From Octopus sinensis (lineage: Eukaryota): a stretch of DNA of 64,000 bases. Location of the stretch: NCBI RefSeq assembly GCF_006345805.1, contig NC_043005.1, forward strand, positions 18,910,001-18,974,000, read 5' to 3'. Positions within the stretch are counted from its first letter, which is position 1; each line of letters begins with the position of its first letter. Below, piece by piece: positions 26,790 to 38,811 of this stretch. The notes below the pieces were generated by a model that worked only from the letters and a program-made list of their open reading frames with translations, did not search any database and was not told the origin of the DNA. The position numbers and the translations under genes are program-made.

Positions 26790-27221
26790 AACTGGTTCTC
26801 AACCATTTTTTACCTACGGACCCCTTTGATTACCATTTCATTCTGGTGGACCCCTTTGATTACCATTTCATTCTGGTGGACCCCTTTGATTACCATTTCA
26901 TTCTGGTGGACCCCTTTGATTACCATTTCATTCTGGTGGACCCCGCATAGCCATCCAATGTTTAAAAACTAGTTCTATAGACACTGCTTTCAAAATTCCC
27001 GTTTTGTTTTTCATCCATTCATTTGTGTAGGGTTGCAACATATTTTCACTGAGAGACCGTTTCAGGAGATGGAAACGTTAAATCTAGCTGTTTCTTACAG
27101 TAAATACATCTAAAGCAAAATTTTTCATGAACCCTTAAAATGCTACTGTGGATCCCCAAGTTACGCCGAAAGCCATATATGGACCATCAGGGGTTATACA
27201 AATCCTGGTTGAGAACCATTG
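26790..27221. mobile_element. hAT (Charlie-like) MITE with internal 30-bp tandem array
   Basis: TIRs (A)ACTGGTTCTCAACC / GGTTGAGAACCATTG; 8-bp TSD ATCTAAAT; ~4 copies of GGACCCCTTTGATTACCATTTCATTCTGGT. Confidence 0.9.
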
Positions 27222-27390
27222 ATCTAAATGGACCAAAATCGTTACCGTGCGGGGTAAACCTTGAGTGAGCGAATAGTTGATACACTAGTTTGAAAGATAT
27301 TTTTTCCTCTTGAGCCAAGGGTCGGCCGCGGCACATTGTTTACGTTTCGTTTTGTTTTTCGCCTAAGATGATTGCGTTAATTAACTACCC

Positions 27391-27778
27391 GTGGAGGCGC
27401 AATGGCCCAGTGGTTAGGGCAGCGGTCTCGCGGTCATAGGATCGCGGTTTCGATTCCCAGACCGGGCGTTGTGAGTGTTTATTGAGCGAAAACACCTAAA
27501 GTTCCACGAGTCTCCGGCAGGGGATGGTGGTGATCCCTGCTGTACTCTTTCACCACAACTTTCTCTCACTCTTACTTCACGTTTCTGTTGTACCTGTATT
27601 TCAAAGGGCCGGCCTTGTCACTCTCTGTGTCACGCTGAATATCCCCGAGAACTACGTTAAGGGTACACGTGTCTGTGGAGTGCTCAGCCACTTACACGTT
27701 AATTTCACGAGCAGGCTGTTCCGTTGATTCGTATCAACCGGAACCCTCGTCGTCGTAACCGACGGAGTGCTTCCATCC
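27391..27778 (+). mobile_element. SINE family B with TSD
   Basis: Full copy; AATTAACTACC on both flanks. Confidence 0.92.
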
Positions 27779-28124
27779 AATTAACTACCTACTATTTTTC
27801 GTAAACAAATCCGACCTCGTTTTAAATTAAATATTAACGCACAATAAAACATTATTAAGTATCTAATATTGTTCGCACTCAAGGCACTACCACATATATA
27901 TTTCCAGCCCTCAGCGGAGACCCTTCAGTGTGACACTAACAAAATTACGTCCTGTTTCAGCTCATCTTCCATAGCTGTGTATAGATAGCTTTTTTCACAG
28001 GTATATTATGCTAATGTGAAGCTAATAGATATAGGAACTTACGTATATGTATTAATGGGAACCCTTCACTGAATTACTTCTTCCTCTCTTTCTTTCTTTT
28101 TCGTCAAACAACATCTTAAGGATT

Positions 28125-28573
28125 TGACCGCCTCCAGCACCACCACTACAACCATCATCACCATCATCATCATCGTCGTCGTCTTGCCGTGGTCTTTGTC
28201 ATCATCATTATCGTCATCATCATCGCCATCATCACTATCACCACCACCACCATCAATCACATTCACCGCTATGAATTACCACCATCAATCACCACCACCG
28301 CTATCAATCAACACCACCATCAATCAACGCCACCATCAATCAATACCACCATCAATCAACACCGCCATCAATCAACACTACCATCAGTCAACACCACCAT
28401 CAATCACCACCACTACCATCATCGTTCTCGTCATCATCATCATCATCATCATCCTCACTACCATTATCATCATCATCATCATCATCATCACTACCATCAT
28501 CATCAACACTACCATCATCATCATCACTACCATCATCATCATCATCACTACCATCAACATCATCATCATCATC
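28125..28573. repeat. (CAT/CAC)n low-complexity tract with ~17-bp higher-order units
   Basis: Direct; CACCACCATCAATCAA-like units at 28240-28410. Confidence 0.9.
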
Positions 28574-29321
28574 AGGTTTCGCGTACTCTTAGCAGGTTGA
28601 ACACTATATATTCCCATTCCTGTTCTTCCTATTGTCTTTATTGTGTTTACTTAAAATCTGTCCTAACAATTGGTTTTATTTCTTCATATTTTGCTATTTT
28701 TGCTATTTATTTCTTCCTATCTATTAACCGTCTCTGTAATTCTTCATCTAATTATTATCCAAAATATTTCAGTCTTCCATCTTTGATAATATTTTATACA
28801 AATTTTCTTAGTCATTTCCTATTTTTTTTTTTGTACCATCTTTAATATTCCAATCATTGTTTTTCTTCTGTTCTATTCTATTCTAGTCTGTTCTGTTCTA
28901 TTCTATTCTGCTATGATATTCACAAAAGCCTTCTATACGCCTACATCTCAAATGCTCTTAATTTGTTTGATAATACGTTTGCTAATGTCCACGTTTTACC
29001 TTTATATAATATTGTGGATCATGCAACTTTAATAACGAACTGATCATAAGCTAACAATTTCTATCTTTGTTCTGTTGAATTAATTAATCCAATCTAATTT
29101 CGGCGTAATTAACTACCATTGCCTTTTTAATATGAGACTTCAAATGATCCACCCTCTGAAACCTTACAACTAACGTCCACACACTCCATTATTAATTTCA
29201 TGTTATTTCATTTAATTATTCTAAACTCAATTAATTTACTAGTAATGTTAACCACAAACTCGTAGTTCTATTCTCATTATTCTGCTCTAAATAACATTAC
29301 TTTACTAAACAGAATGTTATG

Positions 29322-29568
29322 CAGTAATCCCTAGACTATGGAGGGTGTTACGTTCCCAAACACCCGCGATAAGTGAGAATCCGTGAAAGAGAAACAGTAC
29401 TGTACTGTATATTTTCTTTTATTATTTTTATAATTTGTACATATTAATTTTATTATAAACGCAAAACATCTTGGAAGAATCAGCGTAAGCTTATATAATA
29501 AACCGCGATAGGTGAACCGCGATAAGTGAACCGCGATAGGTGAACCGCGATATGGCGAGAGATTATTG
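29322..29568. mobile_element. pogo/Tigger-type MITE
   Basis: CAGTAATCCCTAGACTAT .. ATATGGCGAGAGATTATTG|TA imperfect TIRs; 15-bp subterminal repeats GATA(A/G)GTGAACCGC. Confidence 0.75.
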
Positions 29569-30246
29569 TAGTTATTCCAAGAAGACTGAAGCACGATTCC
29601 TTCCCAAATATGATTTTCACATGGCTTTAACAACCTTCATAACTACAACACATACTCACTCAAAACACACACACACACACACACACACACATGAACTTCC
29701 TAACACATATACACACGTACACAAACGCGTGCTCACGCACACGCGCTGAAGCACATACGCACATACAAATATAGACACACGTCTTTTCAGCTATATCCTC
29801 ATTGTTAACAATCAAACCCCAATTCCTTCTCCCTCTAACTATCCTATACGTTAAAAGTCCGACAACCATACTTTAAGAATATTTTAATCATATTTATTCA
29901 ATATTCATTAATTTCATCTAAGTTCACTGTGATTAAATAACCGTAATAGTAATGATTTTAGCATTTTAATTAAAGAAAAAAAAAAACTCTAATTCTCCCT
30001 TCAACAAAAATCTTGTGATTAAACAAAATAGAAGTATCGTCCGCCCAACCCCGTTATTATTCCCATAGAAATTAATTAAGTTCCTTTATTCTCATAACTA
30101 GATCTAGATCACCACTTTTCAACTCTATTCTTTTCTCTCAACATAACAAACATCATTCTATTGATCAGCCTGCTACAGTATTACTTTTATAAACACAATT
30201 CGTTTCTAACCCTGTCCTATATTTCGTCTTTGATTGATATTAAAAA

Positions 30247-30641
30247 CTAGCAGTATCGCCCGGCGTTGCTCGGGTTTGTAAGGGAAATAACTATAAAGCA
30301 TTTTTAGAGAGTTATAGCCAAAAAATAGCAAAAAAATGCATTAAAAATGGAAAAATATGATGGTAAATTTTTTTTTAAATCGTTGACTCATCGTAGACAT
30401 TTTTAGAGAGTTACTTCCCTTATATTTAAAAAAAATATGCATTAAAATGGAAAAAAATGATGGTAAATTATTTTTAAAATCGTAGACTCATTGTAGACGC
30501 GCGCTAATACCCAGAAGGGCTCGATATGAATCACGACTATAAGATACCCGCTTTTGGTTAAACTGCACCGCAAAATGTGGGAGTAGTTAGGAATCTGAAT
30601 CGGAGTAGACAGACACACAACCTTACTTTTATATATAAAGA
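30247..30641 (-). mobile_element. non-autonomous Helitron, subtype II
   Basis: TC..hairpin..CTAG termini. Confidence 0.88.
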
Positions 30642-30645
30642 TATA

Positions 30646-31087
30646 TTCTTTTATTCTTTTACTTGTTTCAGTCATTTGACTGTGACCATGCTAGAAAACC
30701 GCCTTTAGTCGAGCAAATCGGCCCCACGACTTATCATTTGTAAGCCTGGTACTTATTCTATAGGTCTCTTTTGTCGAACCGCTAAGTTACGGGGACGTAA
30801 ACAAATCCAGCATTGGTTGCCAAGCGATGTTGGGGAGACAAACACAGACGCACAAACACGCACACGCACACACACACACGCACACACACACACACATACA
30901 CACACATATATATATACGTATATACGACGGGCTTCTTTCAGTTTCCGTCTACCAAATCCACTCACAAGGCTTTGGTCGGCCCGAGGCTATAGTAGAAGAC
31001 ACTTGCCCAAGGTGCCATGCAGTGGGACTGAACGCGGAACCATGTGCTTGGTGAGCTAGCTACTTACCACACAGTCACTCCTGCGCT
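30646..31087 (-). mobile_element. SINE family A
   Basis: Full copy abutting the Helitron. Confidence 0.9.
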
Positions 31088-31182
31088 TCCTAAAATAAAT
31101 AAATGGATCTCCGTCAGTTTCGGGGAATGAGTATTGCAGAAGCTCGATCAACTGAAATGCTAACTCAATTACGCAAGTGATA

Positions 31183-31375
31183 AAGGCCACGACCTGACAG
31201 AATCATGGGCACACCGGACAAAATGTTTTGCAGCATTTCTTCCGGATTTTAGCGTTTTGATTTCAAACCCTGCCGAGGTCGACTTTACCTGTAATCCTTT
31301 AGGTCTCGATAAAATAAGTATCCGACAACTACTTGGGTTGATATAATCCACTTGCTGACTTCCCTAAAATTCCTC
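31183..31375 (+). mobile_element. degenerate SINE family C
   Basis: GCCGAGGTCGACTTTACC..GGTCTCGATAAAATAAGTA. Confidence 0.6.
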
Positions 31376-31525
31376 TCCGTGAAACAAAAGTCTGAAGCCA
31401 TTAATGCATGGTATAAGTGTACCGTTTACGTAATTTCTTGGACAGAGTCAGCATCACTCTGCACGACACTGTGTCACATGGCAAACATTTTAGATTGAAA
31501 TGGTTCAGAACATTTAAATTAAAAT

Positions 31526-31587
<62 letters not shown>

Positions 31588-31753
31588 TATAACCGTCATT
31601 GAATATGACTGAGGGTATTTTAGATACACCCACATTGCTAGAAATATGAGCTAAACGCTCAAATACTGCAGTCAAAGCACATATTTAATGAGGGTTATAG
31701 CCTTTTTTTTTGGTACACATTGCTTACCGCTGCCTACATTATAGTTATATATA

Positions 31754-31920
31754 TATAAGAGGGATGGCCACTAAGTTGACATCCATTATGCCAGAAGTAG
31801 ACCCCCTATAGTCTTATCACTAAGAAAGGATTGTTCTCAAGAATCAATTCTTTCTTAGAGGTAAGACCATTGGGGGGTCTACTTCTAGCATAATGGATGT
31901 CCACTTATATCCCTCTTATA
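31754..31920. mobile_element. hairpin MITE (~80-bp arms, TA-flanked)
   Basis: TATAAGAGGGAT..GACATCCATTATGCCAGAAGTAGACCCCC versus GGGGGTCTACTTCTAGCATAATGGATGTC..ATCCCTCTTATA. Confidence 0.8.
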
Positions 31921-32042
31921 TGTATGTAATATAATTTTTCTGAATCTTCAGATTTTTCAATATGCTAGGTCATTGGTTTTACATTGATATTAATCAAATT
32001 AATATTCAATTTTTCACCCTTATTATTTTAAATTTATATATA

Positions 32043-32441
32043 TTTTTACATATAAAAGTCAAGTTGTGTGTCTGTCTCCTACGATTTAGATTCCTAACTA
32101 CTCCCACATTTTGCGGTGCAGGTTAACCAAAACCGGGTATCTTATAGTCGTGATTCATATCGAACCCTTCTGGGTATTAGCGCGCGTCTCCGATGAGTCT
32201 ACTATTTTGAAAAAATTTACCATCATTTTTTTCAATTTTAATGCATTTTTTTTTCGCTATTATATAAGGGAAGTAACTCTCTAAAAATGTCTACGATGAG
32301 TCAACGATTTAAAAAAAATTTACCATCATTTTTTTTCCATTTTTAATGCATTTTTTTACTATTTTTTGGCTATAGCTCTCTAAAAATGCTTATATAGTTA
32401 TTTCCCTTACAAACCCGAGCAACGCTGGGCGATACTGCTAG
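32043..32441 (+). mobile_element. non-autonomous Helitron, subtype II (5' TC mutated)
   Basis: Homology to other copies; CTAG|T end. Confidence 0.85.
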
Positions 32442-32764
32442 TATATATATATATATATTATAATGGAGAATGCTGCTTATTGCTATGGAACAGTTACTAA
32501 AAGTACTAAAAGAAAGCAATTATTAAAAGCTTGAGCGTCTGGAAAATATTTTATGAATGTATGTTACAAGAAATTTCCTATAATTTCTGAAGTATATTGA
32601 ATTTGTGTACTGCAATTTTTCACAAATTTAAATATTCGTTGCATTCACTGCATAAACTATGTTAATTTGTTGTAGGCGATATTTTCCATTTTCATTTGCA
32701 ACAGTATCTCACTCTCTCTCTCTCTCTCTCTCGTCTCTATTTTCATTAAGGATAATTTAATAAT

Positions 32765-33075
32765 AGTTGTATAACTTTGATACGAGACACAATTTTAAGA
32801 ATACTATCAATTTCCGGATGTTTGCTAAATTAATATTTTTGATAAAATGAAAAATTTTGAAAATACCGGTATAATTTTATATTTTTTTTTAAAATGAAGA
32901 AGTGACTTTGTGTTCAGTAAATGCATGCTACTAGACAAAATAGCTGTATAACTTTGATACGACGAAAAATGTCAAGGATATTATCATTTTCCGAGGTTTG
33001 TTAAATGAATAGTTTTTTGATAAAATGAGGATTTTTTTAATATACTGGTATTTTTTTTTTTAATTGAGAAGTGAT
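32765..33075. repeat. diverged tandem duplication, two ~175-bp units
   Basis: GTATAACTTTGATACGA..TTTTTGATAAAATGA..TACxGGTAT..GAAGTGAxTTTGT occurs twice. Confidence 0.75.
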
Positions 33076-33216
33076 TTTGTTGATATGGCTGCTGCAATCA
33101 TAACTATGTGATCGCTGCTATTTCTAGCACACTGAACAAGATAGTTTTTAACGAGCTTTTACTTATACGATTTTTTCATTTCATACTTATTTCATTCATT
33201 GTTTGCAATGTTCTCA

Positions 33217-33261
<45 letters not shown>

Positions 33262-33345
33262 CATTTGCCTCCCTCTCTCTGTCTCTCTCTTCCCCCACAC
33301 ACACATACGCATACATACTGTCTCTCTAATATAAAATAATATAAA

Positions 33346-33615
33346 TAATATATAAATATATGCATATATATATATACACATATATGTACATACCTACATA
33401 TATATGTATATACAATGTATGGGTACAGGACATCAAAAAACGTTGAACACAATGAGAAACGAAAACATAAAAACAAAAACATAGATACGAATTTGTTTTT
33501 ACGTTTTCGTTTCTCATTGCGTTCAACGTTTTTTTTATATCCTGTACCCATATACGCATGTATAAATACATATATATGTAGGTATGTACATATATGTATG
33601 TATATATGCATATAT
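33346..33615. repeat. long imperfect palindrome (MITE-like core with mirrored low-complexity flanks)
   Basis: Core arms 33418-33466 and 33503-33552; symmetry continues into the flanking TA/CATA tracts. Confidence 0.8.
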
Positions 33616-34070
33616 TTATATATCACTTATATTATTATATGATCGAACGCCACGCATCCTCTTCCAAGTAAGTTCTCACTAATATAAACATACACACTCC
33701 AGGTTTGATATCGTTATTACACAAATTTCACATTAGAATTTTGCAATTCAACATGAAGCGTCCAAAAAAATATGCGGCTGAAGAAGATTTAGCTGCGAAG
33801 GCACAACGGCAGACAGAGAGACGGGCAACTGAATCAGATGAAACCAGGGCAAAGCGACCGAAGCAAATGTCTGACTATGCACAGAGACATAGACATGATT
33901 CTGTTTCCGCTACACATGACCGAGTGTTTAGGGTATCTCGAGAGGAGAATATTCTACTTCAAAATAAGACACTGAGTCAGCTTCCAGAGTTAGTGACTGT
34001 TCAGCTGCCCTATTGATAAACAGTATCAAATGGGATACTGATAAACAGTATCAACTGGGATGCCGTATAA

Positions 34071-34302
34071 GGCGGCGAGCTGGCAGAAACGTTAGCACGC
34101 CGGGCGAAATGCGTAGCCGTATTTCGTCTGCCGTTACGTTCTGAGTTCAAGTTCCGCCGAGGTCGACTTTGCCTTTCATCCTTTCGTGGTCGATTAAATA
34201 AGTACCAGTTTCGCACTGGGGTCGATGTAATCGACTTAATACCTATGTCTGTCCTTGTTTGTACCCTCTATGTTTAGCCCCTTGTGGGTAATAAAGAAAT
34301 AA
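34071..34302 (+). mobile_element. SINE family C monomer inserted in the Helitron
   Basis: Full head and module; GTATCAAATGGGA-like repeats on the flanks. Confidence 0.88.
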
Positions 34303-36724
34303 GTATCAAATGGGAAGCCTTTCAAATTTCAGTGAGATACAAACAGAAACAGCAGTGCCTACAAACAGGGTGCTGAAAGACGAAACCCAATATTTACAGC
34401 GGGCGTAGAGACGAAAAAATTGTCAAACTAGGAAGAATTCTGTTAAAGGATTAGCAATGAACGGCAGATAATTTTCTAGAACAGACTGTTCTGTCTATTG
34501 TACAGCCACATAATGCAGAGAGTCTCTTTGGCAATGTTTGTTCATACTGCAAAGCTTACATATTGGCTGCTGAATTGAAACTTCTATCTTGCTTCTACTT
34601 CTATGATACAGATAATGAACTTGAGAACGATCTGTGGCATAGAAATTTAAACAGTGAGATTTTGAAAGCGATACAGGATAACTTGCACCAATACAATACA
34701 TACGGGGTTTCAGAGCAGCCATTGAAACTGTGGCTTAAAAGGATTTCGATATTCTTTTACACGCTGACAAGAATAACAAACCCTTTAATTCACATTGTCG
34801 AACTTACAATCTTCAAATGGATTCAGATATTGCTGCTATTTTTCCAGGGGGCAAGCAAGTGCTGGCCACTTGGATGTTACTGTTCACAAAAGAGGTGGTA
34901 GTCTACAAAGAATCCATCAGTTGCATCAATCATATGATCTTCTGCATTATGTACCGCTATTTCCCCGAGAGGAGGATGGATTTCAGACAGGTTTAAAAAG
35001 GGGAGACAATCGTAAATCTTCTGTCACTGAGTTCTATTGTTATCGCTTTCAAGTAAGGAAAGGTGACTGCAGCACTGTGATGAAAAGCAGGCGATTAATG
35101 CAACAATGTACTGTGTGTGCTCAGGCAAAAATGGAGAACAGTCGCTTGAGATGGGCCAACAATAATCAATCTATTATACGAGCAGAAGAATATCACAGTC
35201 TACATGATGCAGTAAGTAAAAATGATGAAATTAATGCAGGCAGACGACCTGTTCTACCTCCTTCAATATATGGTTCTCTTCTATTTTACAATGACTGGTT
35301 CCAGAATTCAAAGACTGTGGTTCGATACAAGGGAAAAATTTACTTATTTCATTACAATCACAACAAAACCTAACTGGGATGAAATAAAAATAAAATACCG
35401 TCTGGATCCTGGTGAAGTACCTAGAGACCGTCCAGATATTTTGCAAGTATTTTCAAGCTAAAATATGACAGTCTCATTGATAGCCTACTCAAACATAATA
35501 TACTCAGTAAAGTGATTGATCACTCTATTACCACTGAATGACAGAAACTAGGTCTCACTCATGCTTACATTCTGCTAATAATAGCTGAAGACGGCAAACC
35601 CAAGAAGAGAGATGCCATTGATGAAGTAGTGTGTTGTGAGATAAAGAGATCAACCCCTTGTAATGAGATCAACATCCTGCAATATTCATGGTCCATGTCG
35701 TGAGGGAGGCTAATATGCTTTCGTCATGCATGGAAGGTATGGAAGAAAATCGCCATTGCTCAAAAGGTTATCACAAGCGATTTCAACAGACAACATTTGT
35801 GACTTAAAATTCCTTTCCTTCGTAAAGAAGGAGAAATTTCCAGAATGGTGGTTACTTCCAAGGATTTGAGGACATTTGATATTCTTGAATAACAAAATTT
35901 CAAGAAGCATGCATGACAATTGGCCTGCTTGATGATGATAGAAAAAAATACAGTGTTATAGAAGTAGCGCCATCATTTATGTTTGGTCCTCATCTCCATG
36001 AGCTATTTTGTGCAATTTTATTGTACTGCTTGCCAAATGATCTTCCTGTTTTTTTGGATGAATGGAAGGAAGAATTATCTTGCCGAAGATATCATACATC
36101 AGAATGATAACGTAGTCCTCTCTGAACGGACATTAAACATTGTTTGCATGGAAATCCAGGAAAGGCTTGAAATTGATGGCTTTGATGTCTACAAGCACTT
36201 TGGTATTCTTCGATATATGATTGACGTAGACGATATTCCATGTGTAGCTAGAGAAGACACCATTTTTACTCAAGAACAACTGTAACGAACCATTAATGAT
36301 CTTCTGCCAACTTTGAATAGTGAGCAATGATCAGTTTTTGATACAGTTGTCCGGTCCGCAAATGGTAAAGAAGGAAGAATTCTGTACTTGACTTTGAATT
36401 CACCTAGGTTTTGTTCAACAGAAACTTTACCATTTCCTACATGTAGAAGGTAATTAGCAAACCCTCTTTCGTCAGAATGACTTTCTGTAAGAAGTCTTAC
36501 ATTGGTTATCTTAAGAAATAGAATTTCCATTCACATTTATTCGCTATCAAGCCAGCTTTTACCTTGACGTGTAACAAGGTGCATTGACAGACTTTTGAAC
36601 AAATTGGAATTTATATATTCCGCCACAATTCTTCTCACATGGTGAGCTGTATGTTACATTATCTAGGATTTCAAAGAAGGCTGATGTAAAAATATTGGCT
36701 GGAAGAACTGGACACAGCATGATT

Positions 36725-37108
36725 GTGGAAGCACACCGTCGGTTAAGACGACGAGGGTTCCGGTTGATCCGATCAACGGAACAGCCTGCTCGTGAAATTA
36801 ACGTGTAAGTGGCTGAGCACTCCACAGACATGTGTAACCCTTAACGTAGTTCTCTGGGATATTCAGCGTGACACAGAGAGTGACAAGGCCGGCCCTTTGA
36901 AATACAGGTACAACAGAAACAGGAAGTAAGAGTGAGAGAAAGTTGTGGTGAAAGAGTACAGCAGGGATCACCACCATCCCTGCCGGAGCCTCGTGGAGCT
37001 GTAGGTGTTTTCGCACAATAAACACTCACAACACCCGGTCTGGGAATCGAAACTGCGATCCTACGACCGCGAGTCCGCTGCCCTAACCACAGGGCCATTG
37101 TGCCTCCA
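36725..37108 (-). mobile_element. SINE family B inserted in the helicase C-terminus
   Basis: TSD CACAGCATGATT. Confidence 0.92.
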
Positions 37109-37404
37109 CACAGCATGATTACCGACAATTGTATCTACAAGGAGATACTACTTTAAAGCAAAATATGATTTTTAGAATGGTTCAATAAATGGAATGAATT
37201 AATACATAAATTATATGTAAAATAACAAATTTGTAAGGAAATAAATTGTTTTTGCACATTTTAACGCATGCCGGATGACTGATATCGTTATATTAGATCA
37301 CTTTAAATTTTGGTATATTTGAAAAAGTAAGGAAACGCCATTACCATGCGTTCTCACAACATGAGACTTGTGTGTATGTGTGTGTGTGTGTGTGTGCATG
37401 TTTA

Positions 37405-37467
<63 letters not shown>

Positions 37468-37480
37468 ATATATATATATA

Positions 37481-37552
37481 TTAGAGGAAATGAGGTACTC
37501 AGAAGATCGGATGGTTTATATTACAGATATTTATTTGTATATTATATTTTAT

Positions 37553-37602
<50 letters not shown>

Positions 37603-37948
37603 ATATATCATATCACTTAGATCATTGGCGCTTTCTCCCATTCTAGTGGGGTTTTCAAATCAAACTAAGTTCCTGTGTGAGGAGATTTGACCATTTTATA
37701 GTGGTATTGAGTTTGTGGTGGTGGGGAGGAATATCAGACAGTACAAGAGGGTGATGGATGAGGAGAAAGTGAGAGAGAGAACATGTGTGCATGTGTGTGT
37801 TTTTGTATCTGGGATGAGTGCTGAAGAGAAAGAGGGGAAGGGAGAGGGAAGAAGAAGAAAAGAATTTTTTGGGGTCTGCTGGACAGAATATTGACTCCAA
37901 GGAAAAAAAGAAAGAATTTCAGTTTTGACCACTTCACTTTTGACCACA
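37481..37948 (-). repeat. interspersed repeat; inverted copy of 45762-46190
   Basis: Near-identical reverse complement over >400 bp. Confidence 0.85.
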
Positions 37949-37994
37949 CATATATATATATATAATATATATATATATATATTATATATATATA

Positions 37995-38760
37995 TAGTAC
38001 ATATGTGGGAAATTTTGTCTGTGGGTGTGTTTGTGGAGTAGTTAGCTAGATCCTCCTACATCGTTTTATTGATTTTGATGAAACTTTACACGTGCGTAGA
38101 ACTCATGTCTGGAAACCTCGTGGCATACTCAGATTGTTGGAGAAATCGATAATTACAAACCGGCGGCCAGTTGAAAAAATCAATAGGAGTTTTCAATGGG
38201 AATTTCCATAAGGGAAGCTATTTTTTTGCAATAACTTTTGCATTTCTCTACTGATTCGCTTTACATTTGAGACACAGGTGGAAAATATTACGAGAATGAC
38301 TATTAAGGAAAAAATATTTTACTTCGACTGTAAGCTGAGGACAAAAATGCCTCGTAAAGACGATTTTTGCAATTTGATTGCAAATTTTTATTCGCTCAAT
38401 AACTTTTGCATTTAACATCGGATTCGCTTCAAATTTGATTTGCAGATAGATTAAGTGTTAATGAGTGTATGAGACGAAAAGTTTTTTTTCCATAAGCTCC
38501 TTGTAAAAGGAAAGAGCTCCAGAGGCTTACTTTTTGATACCTTTTCTACTTTTCCTACTCCGCAAACATTTTTGACGGGCAACAGTTGACTCGAAGGCAT
38601 TGCTAAACCGTGTCAAGAAAATTTCCCTTTGTGGGAATGATTCTAAGACCCCCTAATGGGGGCTTAATCCCCAAAGTTTAGTCATTTTTCATGGACCAAA
38701 ATTACTGAATGAATCCTTGTGATATTTGGAACTTAGATTCAATGCATAAGGGCGGGTTTA
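37995..38760 (+). mobile_element. second non-autonomous Helitron/HINE-like family
   Basis: First ~160 bp are homologous to the reverse complement of 53235-53389, which starts A|TC. Internal subrepeats; 3' CTAG not seen. Confidence 0.5.
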
Positions 38761-38772
38761 ATGATTAAGATG

Positions 38773-38811
<39 letters not shown>

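Larger units (their letters stand above)
33753..37156 (+). pseudogene. decayed autonomous Helitron RepHel (Rep plus Pif1 helicase)
   Basis: Charged N-terminal repeats; YDLLHYVPLFPREEDGF; TEFYCYRFQVR; RDRPDIL; HUH-like E*QKLGLTHAYILL; GLLDDD; helicase QTFEQIGIY..FSHGELYVTLSR; C-terminus CIYKEILL*. Many stops, deletions and an inversion. Confidence 0.9.

Noticed and set aside
24422-26943. CRISPR-like reading of the 26-bp and 30-bp arrays
   Set aside because: Contiguous units with no spacers, no cas genes, eukaryotic context
33753-37300. Decayed Helitron as the parent of the 396-bp elements
   Set aside because: No matching TC start or hairpin-CTAG end found around it
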